From contig OZ076421.1 in assembly GCA_964187785.1 (NCBI GenBank), positions 48,980,001 through 49,044,000 of the forward strand: a DNA stretch of 64,000 nucleotides, in the 5' to 3' direction. The position numbers and the translations under genes are program-made. This document shows positions 9,901 to 22,381 of the stretch, piece after piece. The notes beneath the pieces were generated by a model, which was given only the letters and a program-made list of their open reading frames with translations, ran no database searches and had not been told where the DNA came from. Within the stretch, counting starts at the first letter, position 1. Each line of letters opens with the position of its first letter. Source of the stretch: Amphiscolops sp. MND2022 (Eukaryota).

Positions 9901-12790
9901 TTATTTTGGCTATGTTTCTCACATCCCAGCCATACTGTTTTGATACCATTGCACAAATAGGACTCTATTATGATGTAGAACGACTGTAGAAAAATTCGTT
10001 TGAATCGTATGGACAGTTTTTGAGAAAATTGAAAAAAGTCGGAAAATCGCTGTTTTTTGGCCATTTTTTGGCTAATTTTGGCTATGTTTTTCACATCCCA
10101 GTCAGACGATTTTTATGCCTTTGCACACGCAGGAGCCCCTTTGGGTGTAGATTGACTGTGCAAAAGTTCGTGAAAGTCGTATGGACAGTTTTTGAGAAAT
10201 TTGAAATTTTCATGAGAAGGTCGGGAGAACAAAACAGCACGATTGCATAAGTAGTCGAAAAATTTTTCCGACTCCTAAAAATCAACAGTTATTTCCGATT
10301 CTTGAAAAAATTTTTTGGCCCTGCCGATATACCAACGATTTTCCAAGAGAAAATAGACAGAACACTGGGCCACCAAACATCGGTTTGGTTGGACGACATT
10401 ACAGTTGTCACACGCGGAACAAAAGAAGAACACACCCGAAAACTATATTCGGTACTTACAAAACTAGAAAACGAGGGATACAGAGCAAGGAAGAAAAAAA
10501 ATCAAAATTCTACCAAAAAGAAACAATTTAGTTCAAACATACAATATCGCGAGACGGAATCAGACCAAACAAAGAAAAAACCGATGCGATAAAGAAATTA
10601 GAACCACCAACGAACTCCAAAACACTAAAGTCCTTTCTTGGAGCCATACAATTTTTTTGCAAAATTTATACCGAACCAGTCCGAGAAAATAGACAACATG
10701 AGAGAATTACTCAAGAAAGGGACAAAATGGAAATGGACCACTGACCGAAATTCAGACTTCCACAAAATAAAGCAAGAAATATCAACACTACCCTGCCTAG
10801 TACGTTACAACGGTAACAAGGACAACATCGTTACTACAGATGCGTGCAAAACCGGCTTAGGAGTAGCACTATGGCAAAAGCAAGGTAGCGGAGAGTTGAA
10901 ACAAATAGCCTTTATTAGCCGCTACTTAAACGTCGCCGAAAAGAAATATTCCATCGGAGAGTTAGAAATATTAGCCGTTGTTTGGGGCTTGGAAAGATTC
11001 CGATTTCACCTATACGGTAAACAAGTTCAACTATTCTCGGACCATCAAGCATTAGAACCCCTTCTAAAACGAAACAAGATGAATAAACAATTCAGTGCAT
11101 GGCTAACACAATGACTGGACAGATTGAATCACTTTGACATCTGCTTAAAACACACTGCCGGCAAAAAAATTGTATCCACGGACTTCATTACCCGAAACCC
11201 TACCGAAAATCCAGAACCGGAAAAAAACAACGAAGAGGAATTTGTTATTAACGCCATCGCGCAGCTAGCAACAGCAAACGCCCGAATATGACGGATTTTC
11301 AACCAATCAAACGGCGCGGATACGGCCAATGAAGCAAACATGCAGAATACGCGCTCGTTAATTGATACGCGACGCTATCAAACAAACAAAAACCATATTG
11401 ATTCAAATTACCGCATACAACAGTACTCATCCGAAAAACGACTCATCTGACAATGCATGTTTCTTTCGAATCGACGGACAATTACGCCACCAATGGGGTG
11501 CAGATGAAGATAATATGGCCATCGTAAACAAAAGAGACAAATCACCCGAAACTGCAGAGCTAGTGAGAAGGAGAGTGGAATTGGCGAGACCAGGCGCAAT
11601 GAGACCACACTGGAACAAAAACTTGGGCCGGGAAATCTACATAACAAGAAGACCCGAAGAAGATGAAAGACAAGAAATTGAACGAATTGACTTTCAACTA
11701 AAGAGAAAAATTAGAGAGTCTCACATTGGCGGAGGATGTTTCCAAAATTTCGGAGACGAAAGACCGCAAGGGCAAACCACAGAACAGCAACAACAGACTG
11801 AAAGAAATGAACCACCCGAGAACAAGAAACCAACAGGGACACAGAATCCACCATCTCTAACAACTCCGAAGAAGCGGTAGCGACACATGAACCCGGGACA
11901 TACCCAGCAATACCGGTTCAACAATACAGAGACGGACCAATCGAAGAAATCGCAATACACTATGTGAGAATCAACCGCGTAGTTGAAGAAAAAGCAAAAC
12001 GAAATAAACAACAGGCAGACAATGTCAGATCAGCAGAATTGGATTTCATGCTAGACTTGGACACAATAATTAAAGAAACGGCCGACGATCCTGATCTCAT
12101 TGAGCTGAACTGCTGTATCGAAGACATTAAAACGGAACAAATTCCGCACAACTAAAGAACCGTAGCCAAAAAAAACCCACCGCTGGGGCATCATAATGGT
12201 TGACGACCGCATTGTGGTACAAAAGCCACTACGATGCGCAGCCCTAACTGCATTACATTTCGGTCACCCCAGAATTTAAAAAATGTGCAGCGACGCAGCG
12301 ATATTCTGACGGCCGAAAAAGCGGAAGGCATTGAGAGGAAATCAAAAACCTGCACAGCCTGCCTCAACGCTGGTAAGAAATTAAAATTTCAAATACCACA
12401 AACCGAAAAATCAACAGATGAACCGCCAAAAACACCGAGCGAAGAACTTTAAAAAGATTTCACCGGAAACAACAGAAAACTATCAACTAATCCGCTCATT
12501 TTAATTGCGGTCAACAAGCACAGTCGTTGGCCAGTAGCAAAAATATGCAAAAATACAAACCACGAAACCGTAACCTCATTTTTGAATGAATACATAAAGG
12601 TATACGGAATACCGAAACAAATAAAATCGGATAAATGCCGCGCCTTTATCTCCAAAGAAGACAAAAAAATTTGTAAATCACAATGTATATAACGCGTATA
12701 CGGAACAGCTAATCTACATACCGGCAACGGATTAGTCGAACGAACTATCTAATCACTAAAGAATCGGATACTGGCGAACTTAGAAGACGA
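6906..12790 (+). pseudogene. pol block 1 (RT, RNase H, long linker, integrase N-half), interrupted at 7501-10278
   Basis: LDARKLND; PTIFQEKIDRTLGHQTSVWLDD; TTDACKTGLG..YSIGELEILAVVWGLERF (ORF 10638-11114); integrase HH/CC remnants at ~12230-12370. Confidence 0.9.
7501..10278 (-). repeat. Family S satellite array: ~172-bp monomers in a ~443-bp higher-order repeat, with nested element ends
   Basis: The GGCTATGTTT marker recurs at spacings of 172, 270, 173, 270, 173, 172, 269, 171, 172, 252, 171 and 172 bp. The 3' module starts at ~7501, 7942, 8385 and 9001. The 5' module ends at 9690 and 10276. Confidence 0.95.
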
Positions 12791-15700
12791 CCAATTGGAA
12801 GCCATTCACACGAATTTCAGCAAGCTATTTGAAACAAACCATACAATCAAAAATATAGAAGTGAAAATTCAAACAAAACCAGGATGTTACGCAATTCAAC
12901 AAAAAGACAGACCGATACCGTATCATTCACAAAAAGACGTAAAAAACGAACTGGACCAATTAATAAAATCCGGACATCTCGAACGACTAGAAAGAGTCGA
13001 AGAAGATTGTTTCGTATCACCCGTAGTAATCACGGTGAAAAAAGACAAAACAATGAAATCGCACTGGATGCTCGAAAACTCAATGACAGCTGTGTGAAGA
13101 GAAGAACACACATGCCAAATACGGAAGAATTACTGAACCAAATATCTGCCGAATTATCCAAGAATGACCGCAACCCAATCTGGATATCCGTAATAGATCT
13201 CGACTATGCATACCGACAGATGAAACTGGCACCCGAAACCAGTAAACATTGTAACTTCGCGATAACAGGTGAAAAAATCAACAGTTATTTCCGATTCCTA
13301 AAAAGGTTTTTTGGCCCTGCCGATATACCAACGATTTTCCAAGAGAAAATGGACATAACACTGTGCCACCAAACATCGATTTGATTGGACGACAGTATAG
13401 TTGTCACACGCGGAACAAAAGAAGAACACACCCGAAAATTATATTCAGTACTTACAAAACTAGAAAACGAGGGACACAGAGCAAGGAAGAAAAAATCAAA
13501 ATTCTCCCAAAAAGAAACCATATAGCTTAGACATACAGTATCGCAAGACGGACTCAGACCAAACAAAGAAAAAACCGATGCGATAAAGAAATTAGAACCA
13601 CCAACGAACTCCAAAACACTAAAGTCCTTTCTTGGAGCCATACAGTTTTTTTTGCAAAATTTATACCAAACCTGTCCGAGAAAACAGACAACATGAGACA
13701 ATTACTCATGAAAGGGACAAAATGGAAAAACCACTGACCGAAATTCAGACTTCCACAAAATAAAGCAAGAATTATCAACACTACCCTGCCTGGCACATTA
13801 CAACGGTAACAAGGACAACATCGTTATTGCAGATGCGTGCAAAACCGGTTTAGGAGTAGCACTATGGCGAAAACAAGGTAGCGGAGAATTAAAACCAAAA
13901 GCTTTTGCCAGACGCTACTTAAACGGCGCCGAAAACAATAATTCCATGGGAGAGTTGGAATAATTAGCCGTTGTTTGGGGCTTGGAAAGATTCCGATTTC
14001 ACCTATACGGTAAACAAGTTCAACTATTCTCGGACCATCAAGCATTAGAACCCCTTCTAAAACGAAACAAGATGAACAAACAATTCAGTGCATGGCTAAC
14101 ACAATGACTGGACAGATTGAATCACTTTGACATCTGCCTAAAAAACACTGCCGGCAAAGAAATTAAATTCACGGACTTCATTACCCGAAACCCTACTAAA
14201 AATCCAGAACCGGAAGAAAACTACGAAGAGGAATTTGTTATTAACGCCATCACGAAGCAAGCAACGGCAAACGCCCGAATAGGACGGATTTTCAACCAAT
14301 CAAACGGCGCGGATACGGCCAATGAAGCAAACATTCAGGATACGCGCACGCTAATTGATATGCGACGCTACCAAACAAACAAAAACCATATGGATTCAAA
14401 TTACCGCATACAGTACTCATACAATAACAGTACTCATCCGAAAACGACCTTTCAAAAATTAATAACAACGAGAACAATGCACGTTTCTTCCGAACCGACG
14501 GACAATTACGCCACCACTGGGGTGCAGATGACGATATTATGGCCATCGTAAACAAAAGAGACAAATCACCCGAAACTGCGGAGCTAGTGAGAAGGAGAGT
14601 GGAATTGGCGAGAACAGACGCAATGAGGCCACACTGAAATAAAAACCTGGGCCGGGAAATCTACATAACAAAAAGACCCGACGAAGATGAAAGAAGAGAA
14701 ATTAAACAAATTGACATTCAACTAAGGAGAAAAATTAGAGAGTCTCACACTGGGGGAGATATTTCCAAAATTTCGGAGACGAAATACCGCAAAGACAAAC
14801 CACAGAACAGCAACAACAAACTGACAGAAATGAACCGCCCGAGAACAAGAAACCAACAGGGACACAGAATCCACCACCTCTAACAACTCCGAAGAAGCGG
14901 TAGCGACACATGAACCCGGGACATACCCAGCAATACTGGTTCAACAATACAGAGACGGACCATTCGAAGAAATCGCAGTACACTATGTGAGAAACAACCG
15001 CGAAGTTGAAGAAAAAGCAAAACGAATTACAACAAGACAACAATGTCAGGTAGGTAGAATTGGATTTCAGGCTAGACTTGGAAACAATAATTAAAGAAAC
15101 GGCCGCCGACCCTGATCTCATCGAGTTGAACTGCTGTATCGAAGACAATAACACGGAACAAATTTCGCACAACAGAACCATAATCAAAAAATTAACCCAT
15201 CGCTGGGGCATCATAATGATTGAAGACCGCATTGTGGTACCAAAGTCACTACAATACGCAGCCCTAAGTGCTTTACATTTCGGTCATCCCGGAATTATCA
15301 AAATGTGCAGCGACGCAGCGGTATTCTGGTGGCCGAACATGCGACAAGACATTGCGAGGAAATCAAAAACCTGATCAGCCTGTCTCAACGCTCTTAAGAA
15401 TTTAAAATTTCAAATACCACAAACCGAAAAATCAAAAATTGAACCGCCAAAAACACCGGGCGAAGAAATCCAAATATATTTCACTGGAAATTTGCACAAC
15501 AAAAAACTATCACCCAATCCGCCCGTAATAATTGCGGTCGACAAGAACAGTTGATAGCCAGTAGCAAAAATATGCAAAAATACAAACCACAAAATCGTAA
15601 TTTCATTTTCGAACGAAAACATAAATGATAAATGTATACGGAGTACCGAAACAAATAAAATCGGATGAAGGCGGCGCCTTTATCTCTAGAGAAAACAAAA

Positions 15701-16517
15701 ATTTTTGTAAATCACAAAATATAGACCGCGTATATGGAACAGCTAACCTACATACCGGCATGAATTGATCGAACGAACTATCCAGTCACTAACGAATCTG
15801 ATACTGGCGAACTTACGACCGAAAGATTACTACCGAAATCTCCGCGAAAGTGTTAACAGAGCACTACATGTCTTAAGATTCACAGTACATTCAGAAACCA
15901 AGAAAACGCAGTTCGAACTACATTTCGGACGGACACCAAAAAATAAACTATCCGTCCTAAAAAATTCTAATTCAGTGGACTCCAAAGACCTCTCAGTCGG
16001 ACAAATCACGGACCATCTGGTATTGTCAAAGAAAAAGATGACAGAACCAAAATTCAAACGAGGGATGACATTCTCGCAAACAAAGAAACCGACCAGTTCC
16101 GTAAGTACAAATAGAATTGAAAACCCTTTCAAATTTTACGAAAAGCACCACACACAAGGATCAATGGAAAGTAAGTTCAAGAATAAAACACAAACCGCCG
16201 TGTCGGGAACGAAACAGACCGTAACCACGGATGAAAATAAAATGATACACAGAAAATTGATTTCCCACCCGTTGCCGTTTCAGCAAGCTACTACAACACC
16301 GGCAAAAAAGAAAAATGCCGCAGATCACCCGACTTGCTCTAAAACATTGGACATCGTAAACAACGGAGGAGCTCCCTGCATCTACAGCAGGAAAGAAGCA
16401 CCACAACCATCGCAACCTCCCAAAGGAGCGAAGATTGGTGGAAGAAGAAAGACCAATCCAGAAACAACAGAGGACAGTTCCAATCGAAAAACAAAAATGG
16501 CAACAACGCCGACTTAA
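12790..16517 (+). pseudogene. pol block 2 (second RT-RNase H-linker-integrase copy plus C-terminal region)
   Basis: Starts at the position equivalent to ~7080. Colinear with block 1 but lacks the satellite insert. VIDLDYAY..KHCNFAITG in ORF 12884-13384; ALSALHFGHPGIIKMCSDAAVFWWPNM in ORF 15060-15374. Confidence 0.9.
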
Positions 16518-16845
16518 ACCTGAGCATCATATCAGACGATGACAATTTTGAAAACTACAACGCGTAAGAAGGCAAACCAGTGCAAACAAACATTGATGAT
16601 GAGCTCCAACGTCTTCCAAAAGAAACCAACCTGACACCGGATCAAGGTAGATATAATGGTTAAAATCAAATAAAAAAACCGACAAAATCAGTCAGAAGAT
16701 CTAATAGACTACCATTCGCAAGACAAAAAAACTAGGCGGAGTACCATACTATACAAACAACAAGAAGAAAAAACTAACTAATAACGGTTATTTCTTACAG
16801 GGAACAGCAATAAAAACTGCGGAGAGAAATGAAGAAGAAAACAAC

Positions 16846-17029
16846 GACAGAGAGACCATTATTGTTTACCAACATAAAACTCTAAATGCTGTCAATTTAT
16901 GTTATTGTGTTGTACCATAGATATTGACCATTATACTTGATTAGATACTGAAGTTTAGTTGATAAAGAAAATACAGTTTATTCTTTTAGAATAAAGACCC
17001 GTTTTACCGTATAGACCGCGATTATCACA
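16846..17029 (+). repeat. 3' LTR, family A (5'-truncated, no PPT)
   Basis: Aligns by eye to 4820-5001. Joined directly to internal sequence at GACAGAGAGAC. Confidence 0.85.
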
Positions 17030-18744
17030 TTGGTTACCCTGGTTGGATCGGCTTGTACTTTTTTTCATGTTTTTGTAGGTTACCAAGCTAATTTTTCATG
17101 ATTTTATAAAATTCTCATTAAAATTTCTGCATTAAAATTTCACCGATTTAATTTAATTTGAACAAGCTGCCTATAAGATGCTTCCTAAATACGGCGGCAA
17201 TTTCGAGCCTCCATTCCGGCAAAGTTTGAGCACCAGATTTTTGGATGGATCCGAAAATTTCTTCGTCCATTTGGGCTAAAGTATGAATAGGTTTTCCTGC
17301 ACTGAAATTGCTTGAACACAAACCGAAAGGTTTTATCAATGTTTTTGTACAAATTTTGAACGTTTCTGTCTGTGAGTGTAAAGATCTAGAACGTTGAAAA
17401 AAGCGAACAACTGCCTACGAAGGCCCGTCTGCATTCTTTTGTGTGCAGAAATAATAAACATGAGTAAAAAGAACGAAAAAAGAACACAGTTTTTCGGGAT
17501 AATATTGCAGTGGCTAAAGCATTAGCTCTGTGTTGGTACCTAATCGATGTTTGATTTTCTGTCAACTCCCCACTGTGGGGTTTCGGTGAAGGTCTTCACT
17601 AGTCTATTGGTGTGGTGGGGCTGAGTGTCTCTTAGCCTTGGACTTTATAACTCGGTAGCTTTTCCCAGTCCTAGTAGCGTCGCTCGTGAATGTCGCAGGC
17701 TGCCGCCTGTGACGGCACGAAATTTACAACGACCTCAATCGGACAAGAAACAGCAACAGGTGTTCTCTCAATCCATTGAACTTAAACTGATAATGAAAAC
17801 TTGAATCTTTCGTGACAATTTCTGTTTTGCACGACTTTGTATTTGATGATGCTACTTATTTTATTTTCTTTTATTTCATAAAAACTAGTCTGGAAAGGCT
17901 CACAATTGAAAATATCCAAATTTAATGTTTTGATGTCTAACAGTGCAGTTATATATTCAAAGTAAGTAAAGCTAGAAGCAAGCTAATGTACGCTGTATCG
18001 GAAACAAGTTCAAGTGAACGAAACTTCTATTCCGGAGACGTCACTTGAGCTCGTTATATCAACCAATCAAATCGTTGCATTTGTAAAATTAAATGGCTTT
18101 CTTTAGTAATGGCAATGACTGAATAAGTCCAGTTGACGCAAGGTAGTTGCTTTCATTTGGTATTTTGGTCAAATGGCCGGTCCTGGCTATTTTGTGAGAA
18201 GTAATGTTGCAATACCAATTATATCTGTAATTAACCGGTATTACTATGAGTGTGCTTCTTGCGTTAAATAATCACCCTTGCGCAGTATTAGTTGCTAAAT
18301 AAACCAGTTCCTAAATAATTGACGACTTAGACCATTTACTTATTTTCCTCCGTTGTTAGTCTAATAATATGGATTCGGCCGATTTCGGCCGTATTATGGA
18401 AGTGCTTTTGTTCCTATCCAATTATAATGAGTTGTATTGTACTGAAATGTTCTATGACCCTATGCATGTAATATTATGCTTTCATCTCAAGCAGACTCAA
18501 CAATTTTCGCGTGGCAGCACGTGTCAATATTGCCTTCTGATGTTCAATGCACTAAATTCCAAAGATAGCGAGTGATATTTGTTGACACTTTGATGCTAAT
18601 ACCTTCACTAGTAATCGGTTTGAAATTGCGGCCTAACTTAAATACCTTTCAGAATGTTGCTCATCTAGTTTCTCGAAATATGTGAAACATCGGGAAAACA
18701 TCATAAAAGTCATGTATCATGTGATCTTAATCTTAACTAGAGAA

Positions 18745-19480
18745 TGTAAAGAATGTGGGTGCCACTCCTTCAGGAGTATATATACAGATATCTTGCCTGA
18801 GGGGGAAATTTATCAATTTTGCCTGTTCTATTAAAGATACCTTTCAAAACGGTTACACTGTTAATTTTCCGGTTTAGATAATATATTGTTTAGATCGGAT
18901 TCTTCTCAATGCCTACCACTAGGAAACAAAAGAAAGCTAGAAAGTCAAGGGGGCTAGAAATCCTCTCGAATATTGAAAACCTCGACGTCATGTTAAGTGA
19001 GAATCATTTCACCGGAATGAGTAGAGGAAAGCTTAGATAGCAATTCAGCTAGAAGGCCTGAAAGTGCCACAAGTAACAACCTTGGAAATGAAGAGGAGAA
19101 TTCATCTCTAAATCATAGAACTGGCAGTTCAGGAATTAATGCCGAATATTGCCAAAACTCAGTTGGTACAAGCTCTCACGCTGAGACCAATAGACTGTCA
19201 AGCTAATTGAATTCCAGAATATCTTGGGAAATGGACGAAGTGATGAACAGTGTCAGTGTTCAGATACAAAGGGCCATAAATGATGCAATTAGTAATCAGG
19301 TTTTGCCCCAGATTCGAAATGCCGTCATGGCCAGCACAGGACACACGGTCAAAAAAGCATGGGAGAGAGAACGGGAACAAATCCTGAAGTTCTGCGGAAC
19401 GTAGGTACTAGAGATAATTCAAGAAGTGAGCATGTTCAAAACCGTCAGAATGACGATCAGACTAATCACATTGCTTACGA
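18745..19480 (+). mobile_element. Possible short LTR (TGTAA...TTACA, 18745-18857) followed by a decayed gag-like ORF start
   Basis: 5-bp terminal inverted repeat with a TATATATA and ATTAAA inside. Followed by MPTTRKQKKARKSRGLE...EMDEVMNSVSVQIQRAINDAISNQVLPQI with frameshifts. No recognisable domain or PBS. Confidence 0.35.
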
Positions 19481-20047
19481 CAGTGAAGTACTTGTTTCAG
19501 AAGCCAAATCAGTGTGTACATCAGTGACATTTCAATTGGTGTTTCGAACAAAATTTATCGAATCGGAGAATCCAATTGAATCGTTATCAAATCATGACAT
19601 TTTAACTGATGTTTTGATTTGAAAATATCAAGTCAGATACACGGATTGCGATATATCTACTCGCAACTTTGAAGTTGAATTATTCGCAACTCGCCGGAAG
19701 CCTCCTCAATACCACTTGACAAGCAGAAACAAGATTTGTGGCCTCAAGCTGGGTTGTATTCCTTGAAGACCTCGAAAAAAACTTGAAGACCTCCGCCTGC
19801 GGACAATTCCTTCATTCCTAGCGGAGAAAAGCAAAACAAAAGGAACAACTGAACTGTAAGCTGTCAGAACTTTGTGACCTTGATCAAATTACTTTGAAAG
19901 CACATCTTCAAGTCGACCATTTTTTGACCATTTCACCGCAAATATCTTACCAGAGCTTGTTGGGGGAGAAGGTATCCGGAAGCGCACCGACTTAGAAAAG
20001 CCGAACTGTTTATTCGGCGTCCAACCCGAGAAATTGGGAAAACACTT

Positions 20048-21435
20048 TAGAAGTGAAGAAAACGGCCGGGTTTGCAACGGGGTCGGAGCCCACCCCTGCA
20101 GTGCAGCCGGGTTTGCAACGGGGTAGGAGCCTTCAAAAAACAAGACATTTGGAGCCACTTCTTTTGGATTGAATTTCTTTTAGTGGTCGGATTTGAATGC
20201 GGAATTGATTCGGCGGTCGAGAAACACAATCATTCGATTGTCAGAATTGTGTCGGCCTTGGGAAAAACTTCATTCAGAGCTCGAAAACACTTTGCTGCAC
20301 AAGAGAAACGTTTGTTCAATTTCGACCCCTGGAAATATTTCACTTCTTGAGGAAAAGCGTTCCTTTTCATTTGGTGTAGGAAACTCAAAATACAAGTTGT
20401 TCAATTCATCTTTCAGTTGAACGTTTTATACTTAGCGTCAAGAAAGGTTCACACTGGAAAAGAAGAATGAAGTCGAACGAAATAGATATGATTAGAGTGA
20501 AACAAGTATTCTTCAGAATACCATTTGAGAAAAGTAACTAATTTGAAATTTGTCAAAACTATGTGATCTTCAACAGAGAAATACAAATCTGAACCTTACT
20601 CCAGAACAATTACAAACAGTGGTAAAAAAACGGAAATCAGTTGTGGGTGTTTATACAAGTATAATAAAGTTTACAGACTGCTTGTAATTGTTCGTTACGC
20701 GCAAAATGCGCTCGAAATTTTTTGTGACAAGTGTGACTGTTTGGACAGGAGATCCAAAAAAATTCAGGCCAGCTACACTTCCTCCACTTTGGAGTATTTT
20801 GAGGTTGAATTTTTCCGAGCAGTCACATTGGTTCAATGACTTTGATTGTTGAGTGAAGAATCGGTGACATCGATACAGACACCAATCAAATGTGTCTATT
20901 GTTGACTCCTCAATTGAGTGTCTGTTTGTCACTGCCAATTAACAGTCACGGTATTCCAACCAAAGACGAGTACATTGCCGTTGGTGATCACGGGTTTACA
21001 AAAAGAGGTGTGATACAATTAAAAATATCAGAATATTACCTACTGAAATCAACGCTTGGTGTTGTGGACGCAAGAATTTTGGTAGGAGTATGCCAACCGA
21101 ATCTGCGACACGTGAGACAAAATTTTCCATGATGAAAAGGAAGTTACCACCTCTCACAATACCCCCACTTCAGAAACCCCCTGATCCAGTGGAAATTTCT
21201 AGAAATTATCTGCTATTTCCAAGTGTCAAAGAACGTTTTTCCCGACCGCCGAATCAATTCCGACATTCATTCCGTCCATAGAATCAATTCCGACATTCAT
21301 TCCGACCGCCGAAAGAATTTCAATCTAAAAGAAGCGGCTCCAAATGTCTTTTTTGGAAGGCTCCTACCGTTGCAAACCCGATTGCAGTGGTGGGCTCCGA
21401 CCCCGTTGCAAACCCGACCGTTTTCTTCACTACTA
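20048..21435. mobile_element. Non-autonomous Academ-like DNA transposon
   Basis: TIRs of ~115 bp (20048-~20163 and ~21325-21435). TAG...CTA termini. 4-bp TSD ACTT at 20044-20047 and 21436-21439. Confidence 0.75.
21242..21313. repeat. 30-bp tandem repeat (~2.4 copies) next to the right TIR
   Basis: GAATCAATTCCGACATTCATTCCG occurs at 21251 and 21281. Confidence 0.9.
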
Positions 21436-21971
21436 ACTTTTTATTTCTATAAACCAAGCACTAAATCAAATGTACTTCCCCGCAGAAATTTGTCTATTCT
21501 GATCTTATGGCTTAATTAACTAGCTGAAAAATGGTTGTATAAATAAGTATTCGGTCTCCTACGGTAAAAATAGGGTAATGAACTTATTTTTTCTTCTCGA
21601 ATTTTGATTGTGTACTGCGATTGATTTATATTTCGTGATTGTTTCTGTAGGAATGAAAATCCAGATCGCAACAAGTAAACAAACAGTTAATCAGCTTACT
21701 TTTGTATAAAGACATTTGTTTTATCCTTCCAAAATAAGTATATAATCGTGAGAGAGGTGTCCAAACTTTCAAGTTTTCCCTCGAATGTTTTGTATTTTAA
21801 TCGCTAGGATCGAGTCTCAAATGGTCTAATCTAAATTTTGTAAAACATTCACTGAACGCGAAAGGACTCACCGATCATAAGCAGTCTTCAACCGAAGCCC
21901 GAAACAATTTCTTCTTCAGTTCTTTCTGTTCAATGTCAAGCGCTTGTAAATCCAAGTAATGGCCAGGCTTC

Positions 21972-22381
21972 GACTCTTTTCTGTTTTCCCCCCCACCACC
22001 AAATTTTTTTTTTGGAAAATTTGTGAAAATCTTATAAAAAATCGACTTGAATACAAACTAGAAAAGTTCAGTTTTAAATTTATTCTCAGGGTGATAGTTC
22101 AGGATTCAGATACAAACTTTGTTCACTTTTTCCCTATTTAGTCACGCATTTTTGCTGCAAAAATCAGCAGCTTCCTGTTTTGAGTCATCAATAAACACTA
22201 AATACGAACATAATTATTGTCAAAATGTGTGAACAATCTTTTGTTCAAGCGGAAAACTACTTCAATAGAAACTAACTTCCTGTTATGAAAGAAGGTTTTA
22301 CTTTTAATTAGGCTAGTCTGAAGTTTTTAGGGAAAGTTATTTTCAAAAATTTTGGTGGTGGGGGGGAAAACAGAAAAGAGC
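21972..22381. mobile_element. MULE-like MITE
   Basis: TIR CTCTTTTCTGTTTTCCCCCCACCACCAAA at both ends. 9-bp TSD CCAGGCTTC at 21963-21971 and 22382-22390. Confidence 0.85.

Larger units (their letters stand above)
4766..17029 (+). mobile_element. Composite Ty3/Gypsy (Mag-like, family A) LTR retrotransposon with a duplicated pol block and two satellite-cassette insertions; non-functional
   Basis: Direct repeats at 4820-5001 and 16846-17029, both ending ATTATCACA. PBS at 5002. Domain order gag-PR-RT-RNase H-INT. No matching TSD found. Confidence 0.9.

Noticed and set aside
7501-10278. CRISPR-like array
   Set aside because: Units are 172-443 bp of near-identical sequence with no unique spacers, there are no cas genes, and the context is eukaryotic.
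6551-10285. Repeated short ORFs (e.g. SKSYGWDVRNIAK...) as a gene family
   Set aside because: They are chance translations of the satellite, broken at different places in each monomer.
17030-18700. Possible host exons or DNA-transposon remnants
   Set aside because: I could not support any motif, terminal repeat or phase-consistent exon, so this stretch is left unannotated.
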